Source: the human T2T-CHM13v2.0 reference genome, Homo sapiens. Taken from it: 64,000 bases of DNA. The translations under genes and the position numbers were made by a program. The stretch is taken from the NCBI RefSeq assembly GCF_009914755.1, contig NC_060927.1, one strand, 5' to 3'. Within the stretch, counting starts at the first letter, position 1. Each line of letters starts with the position of its first letter. Shown here in pieces: positions 47,182 to 64,000 of the stretch. The notes under the pieces are model-generated. The model did not search any database. It was not told the origin of the DNA and worked only from the letters and a program-made list of their open reading frames with translations.

Positions 47182-47400
47182 AGGGGTCAGCAGGCCAAAG
47201 GGTAAATATTTGTGGCCTTGTGGACCACACAGTCTTTGTTACAACTTCTCAACTCTGCTGCTGTAGTGTGAAAGCAGCCATAAGACAATACATTTAAGTA
47301 TTTCATTTAAGAAAGAACCCGGCTGTGTTCTAATGCACATGTATTTACAAAGCCAGGAGGTATGGATCTGTCCTGAGGACCATCATTTACCAACTCCTAT
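47182..47400. mobile_element. MER58A-like hAT-Charlie MITE
   Basis: 'ggggtcagca...gtaaatattt...gtctttgttacaacttctcaactctgctgctgtagtgtgaaagcagccata'. Confidence 0.75.
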
Positions 47401-48319
47401 ATTAGACTAAGGTGGGAATGAAGGCAAGGAGACCACTGACTATGTGGAAATTCTCTCATGAATGGAGAAAATCAGAATGGGGTGAGGGAAGTGCAACCAA
47501 GGCAGAGGGTATCTTTCAGCCTCAAGAGGAGTCAGGTCCTCTACCTCGGCTGTGCTGGAAAGTGTGACTACACGCCTCACGGCCCAGCTCGCATTTCCTA
47601 CAAAGCAGGCAGAACACCTAGTTATGCAAAGAGCATCACTCACAGCCACTGCAGCCACCTGGGAGGTGTGGAGCTTCTATCTGTGACAAGCCTGCCAAGG
47701 AACTCACAGGCCCAGGCAAGGAGAAGCCTAGAAAACAAGGTAGAAAGTCTTGGAAAAGCCTCATTTGGTCTGCGATGTAAGAAAACTTGATTCCAGTTAA
47801 TTGAGGTAAAGAAGAATTGGTTCAATCTCATAGAATCCACAGGGGAGATGTGTGATTGGTCCCGCACTCTAAGAGCTGGAGAGCGAGAAGCAGGTGCCTC
47901 TTCTGGCCTCTGTGGGGCTGCACAGACTCTGTCTCCGTCTCTTCTGCAAAATTGGCATCCATGTGTGGACTGCTCATCAGTCAGTGTGGGGTGGAGACAC
48001 AGAGAAAGTTCAGGAGTACATAAGTGGCCCCATAAAAACATGCACCCTACCACTACCCTGGAGGGCAGCTGACCGGGGGTGTCTGGTCCAGCCTCTCTAA
48101 CAACTCCTGCACCTCTCTGTCCAAGCCCCTTCCCCTTGCTGGGCAAAATAAAGGGGGCAGTTTCGATCACTGGCTCTCAACTGGGATTTCTCCCAAAGTA
48201 GTAATGAGGTCGACTTGCAAGCATTTTTGGCTTTCAAAAAGCCATTTAAAATGCTCTGCTTGCTGATGAAAGCTGTGGTTTCTTTGCTCTCGGCTACGAT
48301 TCTGTCAACTCAGGGTAGT

Positions 48320-48420
48320 AACACTGCTGAGCGCGTGCTGATCTGAAGCTCTGATTGGCTGCTGGTGACATAATAGGAAGGTCAGGAACGATTGGCTGGC
48401 AGCTGAGACTGGCTGAGCCA
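48320..48420. promoter_or_regulatory. Candidate NF-Y promoter/enhancer (tandem CCAAT boxes)
   Basis: Two GATTGGCTG motifs (ATTGG at 48354 and 48391) plus GCGCGTG at 48331 in Alu-free sequence. Confidence 0.45.
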
Positions 48421-48976
48421 CATACCAGGAAGGTGTGTTGGGCGTGAACAGAGCACGCTTAGAGCAGGAACAGAAGTACGAGCGACAGCCTACCAACATC
48501 CTTCAAGCATGGGGGCAGGGGAGGCATGTGTTAAATAACAGAGTCTTCAAGATAGTGAAAACTATGCATCATTTCTAGGGTCCTCTTTTGTGTAGCTCCT
48601 GTCTCCCCCTAGTCCCAGGTGTCTCTCCCCAGAGGGCTGGAGGGCCAGGCCAGGCTCGCAGACAAGTGGGTACATGTACCCCCTTCACTCCCAGTTCCCT
48701 CCTCTCTGCCCAGACCTGCTCTCCGCAGCCCTGAGGCGGGCAGCTGGTCCACCCTTCTCCCCTGCAGTTCTCTCTAGGCTTAGGACCCAGGTCCCTCCCT
48801 GCTCTAGGTGGTCTGGATGTCAGCATCTCAAGCTGCGGCCTCAGGCAGCAACAGGCACGCCCTTTATGAATTATCTGAGCAGAGCACAGCCACAGTGGGA
48901 GGAATAAAAATAACAAGAAACACAAAAGGTGCCTCCTTGAACAGGAAGAGACACTAGGGATGGGGGACTGGCTCAC

Positions 48977-49012
48977 CTGGTGAGTCACCCTGCGTTCCCT
49001 CTTCTTGGCTGG
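48977..49012 (-). other. Candidate 36-nt exon
   Basis: Minus strand: tgcctgtgttctcttctcttttgatag| ... cag|gtgagc. Confidence 0.4.
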
Positions 49013-49206
49013 CTATCAAAAGAGAAGAGAACACAGGCAATAACCTGTGGCCTCCAGGGACGGGCTGGGCGTTTTAGAAAGGCCCTGGGTTTGCAGAAGA
49101 GAACAGCACGCATGGTGGGGAGGCTACTGGAGGTTGGGATTCTACGTCTGGCTCATGGCAAACCTGATGGATGACTTTGGGCTCTTTTCAGAGTCTCTGT
49201 TGCCTC

Positions 49207-50495
<1,289 letters not shown>

Positions 50496-50639
50496 CCTCC
50501 TTTATTAAGCCTCCTATTCAGGGTGAGGCACTGTGCCAGGGGCTCTACATACATTGATGCTAATCTTGAGAATCATCCTGCCAAGTAGGGTCTTTATCGT
50601 CTCCATCTTAAAGAACAGGAGGCAGTTCCGAGAGATTAA

Positions 50640-51855
<1,216 letters not shown>

Positions 51856-52317
51856 AAGTCAGTGTTTCATCATCTTATGCAAAGGAAGCTATAATTTCCA
51901 GGTGTTCTGCCACCTACAACAGGTTTGAGCACTCTTGTTCTCCGACTCTATGAACGCACACTTTGTGCACAGGAAAACTTCCTGGATAAAACAGAGCCAG
52001 GGAGAGCTCTCTCACCACTGTAGAATGAAAGTTGCTTTCTTTGCTTCCTTGGGAATCAGAAAGGTGCTCTGCCCCTTTCTATGTGCACCTGGAAAGTTCT
52101 CCATCAAACCAAGCTGACAGGGAGGCTCTCCAGCCTGCCAATAAGAGCAGTGACTGAGTGCCAGAGGGACTGTTACCTAGATGGCCAGGCTAGCCCAAGA
52201 TGGACAGAAGAGGGAGCACTTTCCGTAAAACAGCCACATGTCACAGGCCCCAGCTGCCGCCTGCAATCCTCTGGCTCCCAAGACTGCCCAGGGCCCTACT
52301 GCTCTCCCTGGGAGGTT

Positions 52318-52982
52318 TGTCTTGGTCTATTTGGGTTGCTATAACAAAATGCCATAGACTGGGTGGCTTATAAACAACAGAAATGTATTTCTCAGTCTGG
52401 AGGCTGGGAAGTCTGAGATCAAGGCACTGGCAGATTCAGTGTCTAGTGAGGGCTTTCTGGTTCATAGATGGCCACTTCTCATTGCAACTTCACATAGAAG
52501 AAGGAAGAAAGGATCTCCCTGGGTCTTGCTGATAGTGTCCTAATCTGCCCTCATGACCTAATAAATTCCCAAATCCTCATCTCCTAATACCATCACATTG
52601 AAAGCATTTTTTTTTTTTTTTTTTTGAGACGGAGTCTCGCTTTGTTACCCAGGCTGGAGTGCAGTGGTGCGATCTCGGCTTACCGCAATCTCCGCCCCCC
52701 AGGTTCAAGTGATTCTCCTGCCCTCAGCCTCCTGAGTAGCTGGGATTACAGGCGGCTGCCACCGTGCCCGGCTAATTTTTGTATTTTTAGTAGAGATGGC
52801 GTTTCACCATCTTGGCCAGGCTGGTTTGAACTCCTGACCTCGTGATCCACCCCCTCAGCCTCCCAAAGTGCTGGGATTACAGGCATGAGCCACCGCGCCT
52901 GGCCTTTTTTAATATTAAGATGCATTATTTTTGTACAGGCATTTTTTTTGGTTGGGGGACACACAAAATTCAGACCATAGCA
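52318..52982 (-). mobile_element. MLT1A0-like MaLR LTR with a reverse AluS at 52607-52904
   Basis: 'tgtcttggtctatttgggttgctataacaaaatgccatagactgggtggcttataaacaacagaaatg...attcagaccatagca'. Confidence 0.82.
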
Positions 52983-53505
52983 AGGTTCCAGCCATAAGCC
53001 AGAATACTTTCCTTATAACTATCACTGAAGGACCACTGGTCAGCCCCCACGTTTGCCAGGCTTTGGGGCCCTAGTCCCCCTCTTCCTGTCACATTCCCCG
53101 CCACCACCCTGGTGATTTCCGAAACCCATGTGAACAACTTACCCCTCGACTGTCTTTCAGGACAGTGTTACAATTTCACCAAGGTGGCCAGGACCTAGCC
53201 ATTCTGCAGTCACATCTCCAACACTTGTGTGCAAATGGTTATAGATTTAGAGAGATGTGTGTGCTGAGTTTAAATAAAGTCACGCCACTGCACTGGTGGA
53301 AGTAACTTAACTCAGATTCAGATACAATCATTATTTACTGAGCTCCTAATGTGAGCTGGGTGTGACCATCTCTGTCGTCCCATTTGATCCTAAAGATAAC
53401 CGTTTGCGCAGCATTATTCACAATAGCCAAGATATGGAAACAACCTAAGCGTCTGTTGACAGATGAACAGATCAAGAAAACGTGGGGTGTGTTTATGTAT
53501 ATATA

Positions 53506-54456
<951 letters not shown>

Positions 54457-54458
54457 CA

Positions 54459-54543
54459 CAGACAGACCATCCAGGACTTAACGCTCTTTCGACTTTACGA
54501 TGAATTGATGGGGACGCAGCCCCATTGTAAGTCAAGGAGCCTG
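54459..54543. mobile_element. Short MER47-like TcMar MITE
   Basis: 'cgactttacgatg...ggggacgcagccccattgtaagtcaaggagc'. Confidence 0.55.
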
Positions 54544-55179
54544 CAAACATTATTTCACCATAAAAGAGAAAGAAATCTTGCCATTTGCGACAACATGGAT
54601 GAAACATTGGAGACATTATGCTTAGTAAAATAAACCAGATATGGAAAGACAAAGACTGTGTGATCTCACTTCTGTGTGGAATCTGAAAGCATCAAACTCA
54701 TAAACACAGTAGAATCGTAGTTCCTAGGGGTCAGGTGGAATGGGAAGATTTTGGTGAAAGGGTACAAACATTCAGTTCTGGGGATCTAATCTACAGCATG
54801 GTGACTACATTTAAAAATAATGTATTGTCTACTTGAAATTTGCTAAGAGAGTAGCTCCTAAGTGTTCTCACCACACAGACAAAAACGGTAACTATGTGAG
54901 GATATGGGTATGCTAATTAACTTGATTGTGGTGATCTTTTCACAATGTATACATACATCAAATCATGAGATTGTATACCTTAAATACATATAATTTTTTT
55001 TGTCAACTATACTTCAATAAAGCCGGAAGAGGAAAAAAAGGTAACTATTTGAGCTTTTGCTTCTTCAATTAGAGCTAATCCAGCTAAAAAATGGTTTGGG
55101 CATTTCCAAAAAGGAGTTGAGGTACTACTAAATGACGTCAGGATTAATGTTTTAACCAACCAAGAAGCAGCATTGAAAA

Positions 55180-56680
<1,501 letters not shown>

Positions 56681-56684
56681 GCTA

Positions 56685-57050
56685 TGCTACGGTTTGGATG
56701 TCTGTCCCCTCCAAAGCTAATATTGAAATTTGATGCCCAACGTTGGAAATGGGGCCTAATAGGAGGTGTCTGGGTCATGGGGGCAGGTCCCTAATGAATA
56801 GATTAATGCCCTCCCTCAGTGGTGAGTTCTCACTCTGTTAGTTCCTGTGAGAGCAGGTTGTTCAAAAGAGCCTGGCACCCGCCTTTTCCAGCTCTCTCTC
56901 GGGCCATGTGACCTCTACACACTGGTTCCCCCTTCCCCATCTGCCATGAGTGGGGGCAGCGTGAGGCCCTCACCAGATGCAGATGCCCAATCTTGAACTT
57001 TCCAGCCATCAGAATCACGAGCCAAATAAACCTTTACTCTTTACAAATTA
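56685..57050 (+). mobile_element. MSTB-like MaLR LTR (3' end missing)
   Basis: 'tgctacggtttggatgtctgtcccctccaaa...cagccatcagaatcacgagccaaataaacct'. Confidence 0.8.
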
Positions 57051-57272
57051 AAGGGAGAGCAAAGAGAGGAGGAGGAAGGTGCCAGGCTCCTTTTAATTGC
57101 CAGGTCGTGCAGGAACTAAGAGTGAGAACTCACTCACTCCAGTGAGAATGGTAAAGCTTTTCATGAGAGAGCCAGCCCCATGACCAACACACCTCTTACC
57201 AGGCCCTACCTCCAACACCGAGGATCCAAGTTCAACATGAGATTTGGAGGGGACAAATGTCCGAACTATACA
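57051..57272 (-). mobile_element. MSTB-like MaLR LTR 5' half, opposite orientation
   Basis: 'ttcaacatgagatttggaggggacaaatgtccgaactataca'. Confidence 0.8.
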
Positions 57273-57279
57273 GTCACCA

Positions 57280-58640
57280 TCCATCTCCTGTGACTTGACC
57301 CCTGCTCTCCGTGTTTTCCTCTGATTACCTCTCAGGTTTGTTTGTTCTCTTCATGCTGGTGTTTGTTGTTGGTGTGCCCTTGGGTCTCTTCTCTTTGTGC
57401 TCCACAGACTTCCTGAGAGATCCTCATTCACTCCCATGGTGTCTTTAGTCACTATCTATTAGCTGCCAATTCTCACATTTCCATTTCCAGCTCCAGACCT
57501 GGGGAGCCAACTGTTTACTCAACATCTTCCACAGACATTCCAAACGCAGCATGTTCAGACCCGAATTCATCACCATCCTCCTGCTATCCCCAAATGTGCC
57601 CCTCCTCCTGGATCCCCAGCTGAGGAAACAGGCATACCATTCTCCCATTTGTGCCAGCGGGAGCCTTGGCAAGCCCTTCTCCATAGTCAGTCATCAAGTT
57701 GTACTGAGTCCACTTCCTAGACATCACTTCAATCTGTCCCTTTTGGTCCATTCTCAGTGATCCTGCCCTGGACCACCATCATCTCTCAACTAGATGACTA
57801 CAGTCTTCCCCTTTCTAGTCTATTCTCCATAGTGCAGCCACACTGATGTTTGTAAAATGCAAATCCACTTTTGACACTCTCTAGCTCAAAAATCCCTGGC
57901 TGGCTCTCCATTGCTCTGGGGATAACAATGAACAGACTAACAAGAATTTTAAGACCTTTCACGATCTGGCCTCAGTCATTTCTCCAGCCTCACTCCTGCA
58001 CAGTATATGTCTGGCACTTTATTCATCTTGAACTAACTTTAGTTCCCTCAACACACTGTGTTCTCTTCATTTAGGGCTTTTGAATATCCATAGTCCTATG
58101 TCTGGAATACTCTTCCTTCTCCTCTGGCTAACCCCTACTTGTTCTTAAAGTAACAGGCTAGACATCACTTGCTGCTTCCCTCCAGATTGGGAGAACACCA
58201 AGTGACTGAAAGACAGTTTAGTCAAGAGGTTAAGAGGGAGGGCTTTGGAACCTGATGGCCCGGTTTGGGATCCAGGCTGTCCTGTTAGTTTTCTGTGCCT
58301 CTGTTTCCTCATGCATGTAATAGGGAATAATAAGAGTCCCTGTTACATAAGGCTGTGGTGAGCATTAAATGAATAAATATATAGAAAGTGCTTAGAAGAG
58401 TGCCTGGCACACTGTAATGGCTCAACCAGTTTCCTGTCACTTTGAGGTATCTCTATAGTTACCCTATAGTTACCCCTGTAATTAAGTACTTATCAGAGAA
58501 ATCTAATTCACAATTTACTTTACTTTTCTGCATTGTAAGATCCTTAGAATTGGGACAACTCTCCAGGGCTCCAGCTCTTGGTATGCAGAGGGCATTTATG
58601 AAATTTTTGTTAAATACTTGACTAAATCAGTGAATGAACG
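57280..58640 (+). mobile_element. L2 with a MIR insertion at ~58205-58430
   Basis: 'ctcattcactcccatgg...catgttcagacccgaattc...ccatagtgcagcca...tgtaaaatgcaaatc'; 3' tail 'gtgaatgaacgaac'. Confidence 0.75.
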
Positions 58641-59195
58641 AACTTCTGTTCACAGCATTGATCGCTTCTCACCTTGCATTATGAGAGTGGATTTTATCTT
58701 CTCTATTTGATTTACTGTAAGCTTACTGAGGCAGCACCACAGCACCGTCATCTTGGCATATCCCATCTCCTCCAACCAACACTGTCTGGGAACATTTTAT
58801 TCCTGTAATTCAACTAATACCAGTTGAACTAAAGCCTCCTCTCTGGGAATAGGCTTTAGACTTCTCCTGCTTTTCATCTGCCACGTCCTGTCATCCTCTT
58901 CTATGTAACCCACTGCAACCTGGAATTTTAGGGACTTTCTTGTATCTGTAGCTCAGTTGTCACAGTAGGACAGTTATACAAGGAGTTGGGGACAGTGAAA
59001 TTCAAGTTAGTTAGGAGCTAAATTTAGGCAGATGTCCTGTAGTGTTTGGAAAGAATGATGGGCTCAGACGTTTTGTTCTTCCTGATCTCAGAAATGCTAC
59101 TGAAGCTCTTAGCCCTGTTATAATTTACCCATATGTGGGGTGGGTAGAACAGCATGCTGAAGCGAAAGGGGAATTAAGTAAAAAGTAAGAGACCC

Positions 59196-59545
<350 letters not shown>

Positions 59546-59989
59546 TCAACAAATTGGTGTGACCTTGGAAGTCACAGCCTGCCTGGGTTGACTCATCCCA
59601 CCGGTAAGGTGAAGGAGTTTAGATGGTTTTAAAGTTTCCTATTAATTCTGACATATCATGCATGTATCATCTCTTCTGATGTAGCTCATTCTAGGAAGGA
59701 ATTTTCTATGGTCCCACTTCATCTCAGAAGGAACAGAGAAAAGAAAGCAATGACACCATGCACCAAGCTGCATGGCCAGTGATGGCTGAAAATAATCATG
59801 GGTCAGATCACCTGGATACACATGGAGAGAACAACCCACATCCTGCAGGCATGGCCCAAAGATGGGGTGTGATACTGGAAAGTGAATGCATTTTTGAGTC
59901 ATACAGAACTGAATTCAAATCCCACTATGGGGCTAAATTAACCTCTGTAATCCTGTTTTCTTGGTTGTAAAATTTTTTTTTAAAAGTTG

Positions 59990-60298
59990 GGCTGGGTGTG
60001 GTGGCTCACACCTGTAGTCCTAGCACTTTAAGAGGCCAAGGTGGATGGATCACTTGAGCCCAGCAGCTCAAGACCAGCCTAGGCAACATGGTGAAACCCC
60101 ATCTCTACTAAAAACACAAAAAATTAGCCAGGGGTGGTGGTGCGTGCCCATAGTCTCAGTTACTTGGGAGGCTAAGGTGGTAGGATGGCCTGAGCCCAGG
60201 AAGTCAGGGCTGCAGTAAGCTGAGATTGTGCCACTGCACTCCGGCCTGGGTGACAGAATGAGACCCTGTCTCAAAAAAAAAAAAAAAGAAAAAAAAAG
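59990..60298 (+). mobile_element. AluJ-like inserted in a MIR
   Basis: Forward dimer. Confidence 0.92.
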
Positions 60299-61394
60299 TG
60301 GGATCGTATCTACGTTGTAGGAGTAGGATAAGGATTAAGTGAGGCTGTTTACATATTACACCTTCTATAAATCATAGGCCTTCCATAAACCTTAGGTTTT
60401 CTCCATTTTTATACAGTCCACTAGTTCAAAGTACTTTCACAGATAATGGCCTGTGCCTGTGAAACTTTAGTTTACTCCTTTATTCCTCCCCACACGGTTG
60501 GAGTTTGGGGCATGGACTTTTCTGTGGGTTCAAGCTCAGTGATTTTTTGGTAGGACAGAGTGCCTGAGTCGATGAGCATCTTCCCTTAGTTTAATGCAGC
60601 ATCTGATGAGATTCAGTCCTGTGTGTCCTCTAGCTCACTGAGGGTGTTTTGGAGGGACAGGGCTCAGGTAGGACTCGGAGCTTGAAGACTCACTGCAATG
60701 GAGAGCCTCAAAGGAGTAAGGATCCATGATTCAGCTGGAGCTGCAGACCAGGCCTCTGGCCACGGAGACCCTCAGCAACCCCGAGGGTGCTGGACAAGAG
60801 CTTCTCCTTTCTAAAGTCCTGCTTATGTGCCAGAGTATAAAAGAATCTCACTGAGCACATGGCTATTTTGACTCTCATTTAGTGGTCACTTGGGCTCTGA
60901 TATTATTGCACTTGTGGGCAGAGGCAGCTCATCAGTGCTGGGCTTTCTTGCATTTATGGTTTTGCCAAACCACTTTTTCTCCAGTCTCCCAGGGACTGAT
61001 GATTTTGGAGCACAGTGAGGAAACTCAACCATCAGCTCCAAACATCACCTGGCTCAACCATAAAGCCCAACATCACCTGGCTAATCTGTGACAGAGCTGA
61101 CCTGGGGGGTATGACTAGCCACCTTTGGTCACCAAATCCAAAGCTTTTCCCAGGATCACCTGGCTAATAAAGGGAAATGTTAGGATTAGAAGCCAGGGCA
61201 AGCAACCTGGAGACAAGCTCTCTTTTAGGAATCAGACTTTTCATGAGATAGTTGTAAATTCTGAAACAATGTTTTAAGGAATTCTAGCCACAAATCAGGA
61301 CGATGTCATTTGCCAGGCATTGTTTAGTCAACTGGTTATTTTTATAAGTGAGTATAAGATTCATAACTCCAAGAGACAGTTATCAAATGGCAGT

Positions 61395-61720
61395 AATATC
61401 AACAATAACAGCTACCATTTACTGGGCACCTATTGTGTGCTTAGCTGTGGTATGGTATAGAGAAACACCTGCCCATGATGACTGAGCAGTGGTTAAGAGC
61501 ACTGAGACCGGATTCAGACCATTCAAACATGGGCTTGAATCCTGGTTCTACCACTTAACTAGCTGTGTGACTTTAGGCAAGGTACTTAACCTCTTTGAGC
61601 CTGTTTCCTGATTTGTAAAGTTAGAATAATAGTATTTGCCTTATTGGGTTGTGTAAGGATGAATGAGTTAATACAAGAAACATTGCTCCAAATAGTAAGC
61701 ACTATCAAATTCTCATTACT
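61395..61720. mobile_element. MIR fragments
   Basis: 'cagtggttaagagc...gggcttgaatcctggttctaccacttaactagctgtgtgactttaggcaagg'. Confidence 0.8.
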
Positions 61721-61744
61721 CAAAATGTAAAATGTGGAACCATG

Positions 61745-63990
<2,246 letters not shown>

Positions 63991-64000
63991 TATTTATTTA

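Noticed and set aside
47640-48988. 176-aa and 137-aa minus-strand ORFs in the Alu-free stretch
   Set aside because: No recognisable protein family; the region looks regulatory rather than coding.
58453-58476. ctatagttaccc x2
   Set aside because: Trivial 12-bp slippage duplication within L2.

Overview
Primate (very probably human or great ape) non-coding genomic DNA. By my hand count it holds roughly 80 Alu elements or fragments (J, S and Y types, about a third of the window), set in old L2, MIR, L1M, MaLR/ERVL LTR and DNA-transposon (MER5A, MER44, MER58, Tigger3, MER47) remnants. There is one intact solo LTR12 (HERV9 family) with a 4-bp target-site duplication (TSD). I cannot support any protein-coding gene, RNA gene, CpG island or CRISPR-like array, and I cannot name the locus. 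The ORF track is mostly Alu- or low-complexity-derived. Signals not explained by repeats: (i) well-formed candidate splice signals and exons on both strands, a double-CCAAT promoter-like element near 48.35 kb, and the LTR12 promoter pointing at strong downstream donors, together suggesting lncRNA or 5'-UTR exons; (ii) three independent fold-back plus local-duplication patches (36.7, 45.7 and 63.7 kb) that look like template-switch repair scars; (iii) a ~430-bp polypyrimidine/(GAA)n tract grown from an Alu tail; (iv) a possible Alu-monomer 3' transduction; (v) a tail-to-tail MST LTR fusion. Repeat subfamily names come from recalled consensus similarity, and repeat boundaries are approximate (about +/-10-20 bp). 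I see no convincing evidence of a new biological system.
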